Source of the DNA: Rhizophagus irregularis
Taxonomy: Eukaryota
DNA length: 64,000 nt
Assembly (NCBI RefSeq): GCF_026210795.1
Contig: NC_089436.1
Coordinates: 496,001-560,000, forward strand
Reading direction: 5' to 3'
Shown here one piece after another: positions 38,771 through 49,713 of this stretch (the first letter of the stretch is position 1; every line of letters begins with the position of its first letter). The notes beneath the pieces were generated by a model. That model saw nothing but the letters and a program-made list of their open reading frames with translations, did not search any database and had not been told where the DNA came from. A program made the position numbers and the translations under genes.

Positions 38771-40414
38771 ACCCCATTTCCTCGCGTCTTTCGCACGCAT
38801 ACAGCATATCTTATTCACATGAGCGTTTATCTGTTATTTAATAATCAATACATTATTTTCATGCACAAGCACCAATCGATAATAATAATAATATTCAATA
38901 TTGTCAATTGTCAAATGACAACAAACATTCTAACGAACTAAATAAATGATTGGATTCCACATTTAAGAGTTGAAGTTTTTTATTGGTAAAATAATTTATA
39001 ATTAATTGTTTATAATTTATTATTAAAGATAAATATTATTATTATAAGCATTATTTATTATAAGCATTATACTTACCCTGCTTTATCCAACTGATTTTAT
39101 TGTATACATATAATTAATACAACTTTTTTTTTTTCTTACACAAGTACAAAGTTTAAAAAAATTTGAAACAAAAAAATTTTATTAAAGGAACCAATAAATT
39201 TTTATGATTTAAAGAAAATTTTGATTAAAATTTTTTTGTTTATTATTGTAACCTTAATTATATTAGTATCGTTACTATTCATGATTTACACGTACATTGT
39301 TCGCAGGGTTTAGCAGGAATGTTTAAATTTTATTCTGTATGACGATGATGATTAATGTTTAGGGTTTCAAAAAAAAAAAAACATTTTTTTTTGATTTTTT
39401 TTTTTAAAAAGGAAAATTGTATAATTTGATAAAAAAGCCTTTTTTTACGCCAAAAAAAAATTTCGGATTATCCTTAAAGTCGGTGATACAATTTTCAATT
39501 TAAAAGTTAAAAACCAAAAACTTTTTGTTTTTTCTTGACGAAATAATACATATTACGTCGTCTTGCGTAATTCGGAAACTATAATTATTATTATTATTGT
39601 CTCTTTTTTCCATGTGAATAAGATTCAATGTTTTACAACTTTTCATTTTCACTCTCATGATACGTACGTATAATTCGTTTCAAAAGTTATTTCCTAAATA
39701 GTAAATTGTAAAATAGAAATAATTGATTTTTTTAAAGAAAACAAACGCGCATTAAAATATTAGTAAAAGTTTATTTTTAATTATTCTCTTTGAAAAAAAA
39801 AAATTTTGAAACTAGAAAAAAAAAACGATAAACATAACAATTGTAATATGACGATAGACGGACGATATGACAGATTAATTTTATTAATTCTCCGAATTAA
39901 TTGTGTATAGTATAATATACTGACTGAGTATAATACACACGATTTATACTGACTAAAATACCCCGGGTATATACATTCTTAATTCTGGCAATTATGGTTG
40001 GCTGTACCATATACCCGAGTATATTATATTATTATTTGGGGTACAGCAAGGGATAAATGTAGGGATGTCTAAACAGTAATGCTTGGTTAAGTGGATTTAT
40101 TGATGCAGATGAACATTTTGCTGTTAAGAGTCTCAAATGCTAATATTTATGATTTTACATATAGATACTATAATATTTACTATAATATCGTTATGAATTT
40201 GCATAGTATAGTACTCGTCATGGATACCGATCTCAATACTTAGAACTTATGAAAAATTAATATGTTAATGGATTAAATCTCTTTTTTAAGAATGTACCTT
40301 CTCACTTCTCAATTATATCAACTTCAGAAGTCCGTCTGACGATGCAACCACAGTGCTACAAATTCAGGATTAAAAACAGTTTGAGCTTACTGAGTTCGTG
40401 TTGCATTCATTCCT

Positions 40415-40582
40415 ACGACAATCATTTCTCTGACAATTATCTCACCGACAAACGTTTCACCGACAGAATCATTTGACTCATTTCGCATTTCGCAGACAAT
40501 TAGGTAAGGAAATTAGGGTTAGGATTAGGTTTCAAAACTGTTGGTGAAAAATGACTATCGGTAAAATGATGAAACAGGCTCC
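40415..40582. mobile_element. Degenerate MULE-like foldback remnant with internal TTAGGG-like tract
   Basis: Repeated tttcaccgaca faces tgttggtgaaa/atcggtaaa, with ttagggttaggattagg in the centre. Ends ggctcc, like 49070. Confidence 0.45.
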
Positions 40583-42630
40583 TGAATTCAGCACTATATG
40601 CACTATACGCAATATTTTTAAAGTTACTAATAGGAAATTTTTCTATTATTATTTAGTTAGCTTAATGTTACTTCCAAGTTTCCTTTATTACCCGATATGC
40701 TTTTAGTAATCCCGCTTTTGATGAAATGAATTAATATTTGGTAATCTTTTTAATATTAGCAAAGTGAATACCACATAAATCAGCGCGGTTAATATTATTT
40801 GATCGTGAAAATGAATATAAATGTACTATCAACTAAGGTATATATATATTACCGAACTTATCTACCCTAATTACACCGAACTACATAATATCAGAATAAT
40901 TCTCACTACTTCATGCATCCAGCTAATTATTTCCTTCTATTAGTGATCACTTCATACTTCTGCCTCATTTGAATAAAATCCAGCCGAGTACTTGGAGTAA
41001 TAGAAGTGGTAGATGTATCACAAACAAAGTTTTATAAAATGCTCAGTATTTTGCAAAACTAGTATTGCGAGTGATATGCGGACAAGTAACACGATCCATA
41101 TAAATATTTTAGGGCTTGAAGTATTAAAACCTTTTTTCACTTTTAGCGTGAGTTAATTCCGTAATATAGAATGTATTTAGATGATTCAGTATTATAATAA
41201 GTTACAAATATCTTTTCTTTCTTACTTCGTTATTTATGGATTTGTATTTAATTTACTAGATCAATCCAAAGTCCAAACGGAAAGCTATTCCAGAATTATT
41301 TTATAACTAATTATTGTTCAAATTAGAATCGTTTTTAATTCATTCGAAAGTTCATTTATTTCAGTTGTTTGTCTTTGACGGTTGAACTAATTGTCCAGTT
41401 TATTTCCGACTTCGTACTATTAGATAGTCCTACACTTGTTGCTATGAGCATAGATATTGTTACACTGTCGATCATTCCGCAAACTTATATATATACCCAC
41501 TAATTAACAAATCAAAAAATTTTTCTTTCGAAAACGTAGTCTTTTTGCGCATCAAATTCAAGTGTCTCATGTCTCATCTTGTTGACCACTTTAAATACAA
41601 GAAATAAATGAAAAAATTGTAAAAATTTTAAATAAATACAAGAAATAAATGAAAAAATTTTTGTAAAAAGTCTTTTACTAGTAAGGCATATCGATATTAT
41701 TTATGGTAAGTTTATTATCTTAATTTAAAAAAAAAAAATCAACCACAAATTTTTTGTTATTTAAACAATTGTATAAAACCTAAAAGTTATTTATTATTAA
41801 TTTTATAATTATTTTATTATAGGTTTTTATGAGAATTTCATAATAAGTATTTTATAATATAAAGATCATGTATCTTCATCATGAATGGACATATTGGATC
41901 ATGATGATTTTATAGTTGTTGTTGTTTAGAATATTTAGAAAGAACTTTATTTTCTCTTTCAGAAAAATCAAAAATTGTTGAAATTGTATTATAGGAAATT
42001 TAGATATTTATTTTTGAATAAACGATTATTAATTCAACTATAGTTTTCGTAATTTCTTGTTATTTGATGATTTAATGTGGGTTATTTTTATGCTGTAAGA
42101 ATGCTTACAATTTATTTTTTGTTGGTAATTAGTTTATGGAAATTTTTATTATTGTAAAAAGGTGTGAATTTATTTTTTTTCTTTCGCTTTCGCGTAGACA
42201 CGTGATCGACATTTCGTAATTTATTCACAGATTGCTCAGATGCTGTTGCTACTTGCAAAAGAATTGTTTTTAATTAATTTACCAAATGAATTTGCCAACA
42301 AATTACCAACTTATTTGTGACCGCCGCGGCTACCCGATTTTAAGATCGTAAATTGTTTAAGACCATGGCGTTTGAGGGAAATATAATTAAACCTGCTCCG
42401 TATTTCCATATGAAAAGATAGATTACAAACAATAACAAAGAAATCATTAAAAGATTTATAAATGCACTTTATTTATAAGAGAAATTGGGAAAAAGGGATA
42501 ATAATATAATAAGTTATACTAATTCCTGAAGTGATTTAAACTAATTATTTCGCTTAAAAGGTCTATTAACTCTATATATTGATCGAAAACAAAGTATTAT
42601 TAGAGTATAGGACCAAAACTTTTGAATTTT

Positions 42631-43353
42631 TCATTTTTTATAGCGTCGATTTTTTTTCTTTTTTTTCAATTCATCCACAGTTAATCTAAGAACTGCATTG
42701 GCCTGGACTTTCTCTTCAAATAATTTTGTGATGTCTTTAAGTTGCGCGTCACAAGTAAACAAGAGTTTGTCTAATTCATCGAGCTTTTTCTCTGCATCGC
42801 TATTTAATTCTTCAAACATTGCTTGGCTTTTTATCAAATCATCCTTTTCCTTAACCAACAAAAAGTATTCCGAACGTTTGTTTTCAAGTGAATCAAATAA
42901 TTGTGCTGCATCAGATTGTTCACATGCCAAAACATGTTCTAACTGAAATATTTCTGCGAATTTTGCATTATATTCTTTTTTAAGTCGTTCTTCTTCAAGT
43001 TCGAGTGATGTATTATCAGCAATCAAAACAGCATTTTCTAATCGAGATTCACTAAGAACAACATTATGATCATCATGATTATCAACTAGCCGTTTTCTAA
43101 CGTTTCGGCCAGTCGTAGCATCTTCATTTTTTCTTTTAGCAGAGACTGGCGTTGGAATTTTTACCCCTTTTACAGTTCTATTTTTCGTAAGGTTTGACGC
43201 TTTTACTGGAGTGGTTACGGGTATTTTTGACATTTTCCTTTTAAGAGGACTAATTGGAATAGCTGTGGGTCTTGTTAACGATTTCTTCGTTTTAACCTCC
43301 GAATAACGCACCCCTTGTCTGATAGGAATTGATGATACAATAGCTTTTTTCAT
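42631..43353 (-). CDS. 240-aa protein with basic SxIP-rich N-terminus and coiled coil; putative microtubule plus-end-binding protein
   Basis: Single ORF. SSIP, TAIP, SKIP and VKIP motifs, SPLK/TPVK CDK-type sites, a C-terminal heptad region and a poly-basic tail. Confidence 0.75.
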   Translation of the reverse strand: MKKAIVSSIPIRQGVRYSEVKTKKSLTRPTAIPISPLKRKMSKIPVTTPVKASNLTKNRTVKGVKIPTPVSAKRKNEDATTGRNVRKRLVDNHDDHNVVLSESRLENAVLIADNTSLELEEERLKKEYNAKFAEIFQLEHVLACEQSDAAQLFDSLENKRSEYFLLVKEKDDLIKSQAMFEELNSDAEKKLDELDKLLFTCDAQLKDITKLFEEKVQANAVLRLTVDELKKKKKNRRYKK

Positions 43354-43447
43354 ATTGTAAAGTTTAAAATGCTTTTTTTAAAAAAAACAAGACCGCAAAA
43401 ATGTTTTGGTAGGAAGTCAAAAAGAAGAAAGAAATTATTTATGATTG

Positions 43448-43617
43448 TCTGCTGCGTCATGTAAACAATATTACCAATTTTAGTAGAATCTGTTGCGTCA
43501 TGTAAACAATATCGCCAATTTAGTAGTAAACCTACCCTTAATCTTGACGTCACTTTGGCCAATAAAAAACTGAGTTCAGTTTTGAAAAAACGCGTGAATA
43601 CTCTTGACTAGCACGTG
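43448..43617 (-). promoter_or_regulatory. Putative cell-cycle promoter of the 42631-43353 gene
   Basis: 41-bp tandem duplication with GTAAACA (forkhead) and CCAAT in each copy. TGACGTCA at 43545, ACGCGT (MCB) at 43590, CACGTG at 43612. Confidence 0.5.
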
Positions 43618-44189
43618 ATTTCTACTGTAGTACATAAAATTTAGGCCACCTTTTTTTTTAAAAGACCACCTATTCGTCATAGGTTACTCCTCTCTAAAAT
43701 AAAATAAAATAAATAAATAAATAAATTTTAAAAGACCACCCATCATCCCACATATTTACATCTTCATCCAAAAAACCGAACTTTAAATTCCTGTTAGGGA
43801 ATTATATTATATACGTTTTTTTCTCTTAATAGACAATTCCCCATGTCCCATCGGTATTATGTATACACCTACACTTAATGCTCCCCTCCCTTCGGTGCCC
43901 CAAGGCATCGGTAAATATTTAGTTATTCATTAGTATCCATGGAATAACAAGTATGTATTCGGGACCTTATGCAAGAAAAACTTTTGACGATTAAAAATCT
44001 GACAAAAAAAATAAATTCAGTTCGAAAAGCACGTGATATATTTGGGATTTTATCTACGTTGCTTTTTGTGATTCATGTGACCTCCCTGCAGATTACGGAA
44101 TCAACGGAATAGGTTGAACACGATTTGGACCTCAAATTTATTTTCTCATAATACAAATCATATACTACGTGAACTCCGTTCATTAGTCG

Positions 44190-44620
44190 TCCACAGCAAT
44201 CGTCTTGGTATTAGTATCAAATGATTCAAGCAATCACCGCTCGACGATGTCCTGAACAAAATTGATAATTGTGATGAACAACCTATTGAACACCGGCCTT
44301 AAGTTTCGACGTGGTTCGTTCGAAACAACAAAAAGAAAGATGGAATCGTTTAACCTGTTTGGTCCTCAAACAAGAGGAAAAAAGTAATATTTGCAAACCG
44401 TTCATCCCACAAGCCGCATCCACAACCTGCACTTAAACTGTTATCAAACGCATTAAACATATTCCAGAAAAATATGTTAGTTATGTTACTAATCACGCCT
44501 TGGATTCGAAATACATGTGCACCATGTGGAAAAAACATAAATTGGAAACGACGCCAACGCAGATCTAACAAAACGAAGAAACCTTTGCCTCCTTTACCTC
44601 CTGGTGATCCTCACTTTTAT
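44190..44620 (+). pseudogene. Remnant of a repeat-associated Glomeromycotina ORF (SNRLGI motif family)
   Basis: HSNRLGIS.., RSKQQKERWNRLTC.. and WKRRQRRS..PLPPLPP fragments in different frames. Confidence 0.3.
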
Positions 44621-45246
44621 TATCGGGACTTCATCATATTGACCTTTTCAACAAGAGGATTAGAAATGGTTATGATTGCAGCAGCTTACCCAATTTTACG
44701 GGATTTACATAATTGTCCGGAGCGAAGCGAAGGACAATATATGTCTACGCACTATGAAAAAAAAATCGATCACGTGAGTTTCTCCGTGATCGTCACCCAA
44801 TGAAATCGGCAAATTTTAGTTTTTCGTTCCGGACTTACAACGGTTCCCGTTTCCTAGTATTTATTATGAATTATCACTTGTATATTAACTTTAATCATAT
44901 TCAAAGTTTATACGAATTTTTTACTTCATATTAATTAAAAAACTCTTAGTGTCAAACTATTTCACTCATATTTGCTTTTATCAACGAGAAACATTTTTTT
45001 ATTTTAATGTTAAAATATTCTAAGATGATATGATATAATATTATTCCCTATCAAACAGCATAGATCTTAAAGAATATTATTTTAAATAATAAAAATCAAT
45101 TAGTTCAAATTATAAAAATCATGTTTCTAACTTTAAATTGAAATTGAAATTAATTAATTGCTACAGTAAAAAGATTCTATTTCAAATAAAAATAATTAAT
45201 AGTCATCAGTTCATAAACAAGCAATTGAGTGCGCTAATAATTCAAT

Positions 45247-45820
45247 CTATTGTACTAGTGATTTGTAGACTACATTTTTATGACAACAGTCTATAGGACC
45301 TCCAGGAGGAAAACCTACAATTTTACAACCCCAATATATTGCAAGCCGAATTTCAACCCATGTTCCCTTTGCTGGTCTTTGACTTTTCTCATATTGATGG
45401 TATGAAACGTATGGATTAACTTCATGAGGACCTTTTTTCTCACAATGATGGTCATTGAAAAAGTGAGGATCTCTTAAGAATCTATAATAGACTTTATCAT
45501 TTTTAAAAGTAAAGTGGCCAAATGCTTCTGGAGCATTTCTTCCATATTTACCATCAGGAACATAAGTCGTGATGATGAGTAATGGGTCATCTGGTGACCA
45601 CTTGGCATCTTTAATTTTAACACCATCTTTGCAAAACAATAAAGTGCATTAACTTTTCATCCGTAGAATTGTTAAACAATAAGATCGTTATTAACATACC
45701 GAATTCTTTTTTACATTCAAAACTTCTGCTGCCAGAAGGATAACAGGCGTGAGTTTTTTCAACATGTATAAGGAAAAATATAAGTAAAGCAAATAAAATA
45801 ATAAAGCGTTTCTGATTCAT
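45247..45820 (-). CDS. Small secreted cysteine-rich protein (166 aa, 6 Cys); effector candidate
   Basis: Exon 45820-45700 encodes a signal peptide (MNQKRFIILFALLIFFLIHVEKTHA-CYP). Intron 45699-45627 (gtatgt..aag, 73 nt). Exon 45626-45247 is in frame and ends DCCHKNVVYKSLVQ*. Confidence 0.85.
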
Positions 45821-45955
45821 GATGAAATTATAATTGTTATGATAATGTTCAAAATCACCATTATACCGTGTATTTATTTATATTTTTTGCTCAAGATAAG
45901 GAAAAAATTTTTATAGAATTCCATTTCCCGAACCGGTTCATTTTCCAATATTTAA

Positions 45956-46112
45956 CCCTGTAAAAAAAGTCGATCCGTTTTTTTATATTCCATCTTTTTT
46001 TTCATATTTCCGGGATTAATAACCTTAAATCACGGAATTTATCGAATTATTTAAATGGGCACGTAAAAGGCTCTCATTTTCACAGAAATAACGGATAAAA
46101 TTTTTTATAGGG
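45956..46112. mobile_element. CCCTGTAAAAAA-TIR MITE (CMC/EnSpm-like ends), 135 bp upstream of the secreted-protein ATG
   Basis: ccctgtaaaaaa ... ttttttataggg; homologous to 24472-24584 and 57809-58007. Confidence 0.75.
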
Positions 46113-46846
46113 TATATTCTGAATTTATCCCCTGATCGGCACCATTTACACGATTATGCAAATGTAATTATACCTACTGGGTTGCAAATTTTATAGGAAA
46201 TTTAAATTTTGCGGTAAAATTAACTATTGATTATACTATAATGGACTGATTTGAAAATTTGAGTAATTCAAAACTTTCTTTTAATTTATTTGTAATCTCA
46301 ATATTATTTTTCAAGTGCAAAAGTAATAGTTCCAAAGCTTTTTAAAATTTAATTATTTTTTTAAATCTTTAAATGAAACAAAAACCAAGCGAAAGAAAAA
46401 TAAGATTCAACAATAAAATATACTATTTTTATACTCACGATATACTATAAAACACTTACTATTGTGTAAATGGCAGGGGATAAATCAATTATCTCCTAGC
46501 TAATTGGAATAGTAAAATTTTACTAATTCCTAATTAGTCATGAGATAAGTAATACGAACATTTTACTAGGTTAATAGTAAATGATGTACTATAAGCTTTC
46601 TTTTTAGCCGATCCCATTTTGACAATACGGTTGTTGACTGTCGAAAGATTATTTGATTGCAAAATTTAAATAATATTAATTAGCAAAGTTTTAAAAATAA
46701 GTATAATAAACCTTCATACTAATTTTAGTGATTAGCTGAGTTTATAAATGATCGGGAATCTTCGTTTACTTCCTCATATAGATAGCCAGGGAATTACTAA
46801 TTTGAGTTAAAATAGTTAATATTTAATGAGTGGCACGCTCCAGGGG

Positions 46847-46911
46847 TTTCATGGGAAGGGGAACATTACCCTTCGGGGAAAAAACCCTATTATTCCTAAC
46901 TCCCCATGAAA
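46847..46911. other. GC-rich branched hairpin with C(UUCG)G tetraloop
   Basis: tttcatggg..ggaa / ttcc..cccatgaaa enclosing ccc-ttcg-ggg. Confidence 0.5.
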
Positions 46912-48136
46912 TAAATAATACTAATAAAAATAATAATATAATATGTACGTTAACTATTTTTACATGAGAACCACGCAGTAATTTATATGCATACAGTAAG
47001 TACATAAATTTAATGACTTGACAATAATTCTTAACAACAATTCCTTAATCTTTGTTACGTGTATTATGCAATAAATTAAAAAAGTATCATCTATATATTA
47101 GAAATGGAATTCGTGAAATTGGAATTTCAGAAAATGATAGAGTTCTGAAAATCACATTAGAATCATGTACTGTATGCTGATGAATGAATTCGATAACTTG
47201 CAGTTGTATGTGCAACGTTGTAACATTTATTTGTAAATCTCTACAACGTTGATAAAGTTACAGTTACTATAAAATCAAGATTCTAATAACAAACAAACTT
47301 GGTTTATTCAATTAATGTGATGGCTTATCATAGTATTTTTCAAATATAAAATAACTTATTATCGTTCAGTTAGTAAGATCATTTAGACTTTATTGACCGT
47401 TATTTTTTTTTTTTAATTGATCGATGTTACTTATTTTATTTTATTTTATAACAAAATAACCTGCATTATTCGCATGTGATCAATTTAAATTTATCAAAAA
47501 TTACTATTTAATTGGTAAGATCGGCACAATTACTAATAGTCTGAATCATAAATTCGAAGAATTGATTTTTTGAGCTTATCTGTTTTTATATTTTAAGAAA
47601 ATCTTTGAAAATTTGTCAAAAAATACTTAATTGGCAATAAGCACATATACAGTATAATAAATCAATAATTATATTTTAATATTTATGACTTACCTATATA
47701 CGCAGCTTAGATTCAAATTGCCCAAAATTCACTAATACGTTTATATAGCGACAGTGCTAAATTGGCAATTAATATATTACTATGAATAAGAATTTTTTTT
47801 ATTTTATGAAAGATTAAATGAATTGGTATTTAATTAGAATGAAATGTTAAAAAAAAAGTTTTTGGCCGAGCCATGGCTATTTCTGTGTGCGTCCACATTT
47901 AAAAGATCCAATGATTTATAACGAATATAAAAAAAAATAAAAGCAATGTAAAAAGCTAGTCGAATAAAAATTAAATTCTAAATCAATTACCACAACATTA
48001 CGAAAATAAAATTTTAAAACTTCGTCATTATAACCCTTTAACTGTATTCCGGTGGAACTTATTAATAATTTTAGAAAAGTTACAGCAGTTAGAGGGATAG
48101 ATGATCATTGGCTTAAGGGTATGGACCGAAAGGCGT

Positions 48137-48245
48137 CCTTAACGTGGGACTGGGGGTGTATGATATTGATATTAACGTACGAACTGGTAGCATTAACCCC
48201 GGCCAGTTCGTACGTTAATATCGTACACCCCACTGTACATTAAGG
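48137..48245. mobile_element. Foldback / mini-MITE (Tc1-like ccccactg-TA end)
   Basis: ggggtgtatgatatt(gatatt)aacgtacgaactgg pairs with ccagttcgtacgttaatatcgtacacccc. The flanks ccttaacgt/acattaagg also pair. Confidence 0.75.
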
Positions 48246-48937
48246 GCCACGGGCAAATCCTCATGTTGATCAAGTACATCACGTGGCTCTGCATAATTCT
48301 GGCCAGTTGTCGGGATTTTGACCGGATCCCTTGGCGTAATGACATTTAAATCTGCTGGCGATCTTCAATATCCCGTTCTATTGATTTTGTATTATAATAA
48401 AAATATTAATTTTAAAATATAAAAACTAATTTTTGCTTTTTTTATAAACTTTATGTATTAATAAAATATATTTAGTTGTTTCTTAATTTTTGCGATATAT
48501 TATTAAAATTATTAAATAATAAATAATATAATAAATACTTATTGGATAGATATCAGTCAAAGACTGATATCTCTTTTCCCCATCCAATAACTTATAGTTC
48601 AGTCGTTAGGAATGATGCGGTGACCAATAGGAATTAATGCTACTAATAACGATTTCAATATTAGAAATTTTTATTAGATAAATAAACTGATAGCGAATCT
48701 AGCTAGACTCAAGAAAAAATATAAGAATAGGCAAACTACGATATATATTAAATTTAACCATGAGAAAAAACTATAGTATAGGTTTTTATATCCCTTATGT
48801 CATTAAAATCCTGCATCGACTGAACAACAATAACAAAAAATATTAATTTTTAAAAATTATTACATAATAAAAAAATTAATTATTACAAAGTATTAAAAAT
48901 AATAATACGTCTATAAAAAGGAATAAAAAAAACAAAT

Positions 48938-49070
48938 GGTATCGGGATAGTAAGTGTCGGGATAATGAGTGTTAATGTCGGAAATAATGAGATTATCATT
49001 TATCAGGATTGTGAACATCGAGTTTGCGTCATAACGGAAATCTGACCATCGGGATTTTTGATCGGCTCCC
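48938..49070 (-). mobile_element. Mutator(MULE)-like terminal region with tcgggat subrepeats
   Basis: Reverse complement starts GGGAGCCGATCAAAAATCCCGA. A related end lies at 48309-48330 (gtcgggattttgaccggatccc). Confidence 0.5.
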
Positions 49071-49565
49071 AATTTAATTTCCCTTTATCATGATATGACC
49101 CTGCGTGGCACAATGACAGCCAATCATTCAACATCGTAATTACTGTAATTAATGATTAGAAGAAAATGTGCCGCTAATATAAACTATACAAGTAAAAATT
49201 TTTATACTGGTGCAACTCTTTATTCATCAAATAATTTCTATAGATGTAAAAAAAAATACACTATAAATTTATTTACAACTTTTCTTATCATGCTTATTCA
49301 CCCTATAAAAATTTTTCAGAAAATTGATCACGTGCCTGAGTTTCTTCGGAATAAAAACGAATTTTTTTTGTAGGGTCAATGTTATTTGACAACATATTGG
49401 CCAATCCAAATCACTGTCTTCCGATTCTTCATGTTCTCATCTGCATTTATTCTTATATTATTATCTTCAAACCTTTCTAATCCTTCTCTTTTTAATTGAA
49501 ATATTCTTGGTGTTAAATCAATAAATTCTTCTTCTTCTCCAAATCATTAAAATTACTCCTCAATA

Positions 49566-49713
49566 CTACTTTACAGATCGTAGCGATGGCTTAATGCGCA
49601 GTAACTGCATACATGTAATTTCTTTACGATTACATAATGTGGTCACTATGTATTTATAACGCAGTTACTGCGCATTAAGCCATCGCTACGATCTTGAAGT
49701 TTCTGTAAAGTAG
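49566..49713. mobile_element. Young foldback MITE with perfect 34-bp inverted repeat
   Basis: agatcgtagcgatggcttaatgcgcagtaactgc (49575-49608) exactly pairs with 49661-49694. Outer ctactttacag/ctgtaaagtag also pair. Confidence 0.85.

Noticed and set aside
48549..48571. Rho-independent terminator (gatatcagtc-aaa-gactgatatc followed by T-rich sequence)
   Set aside because: Eukaryotic nuclear context with no upstream gene; treated as a small palindrome.
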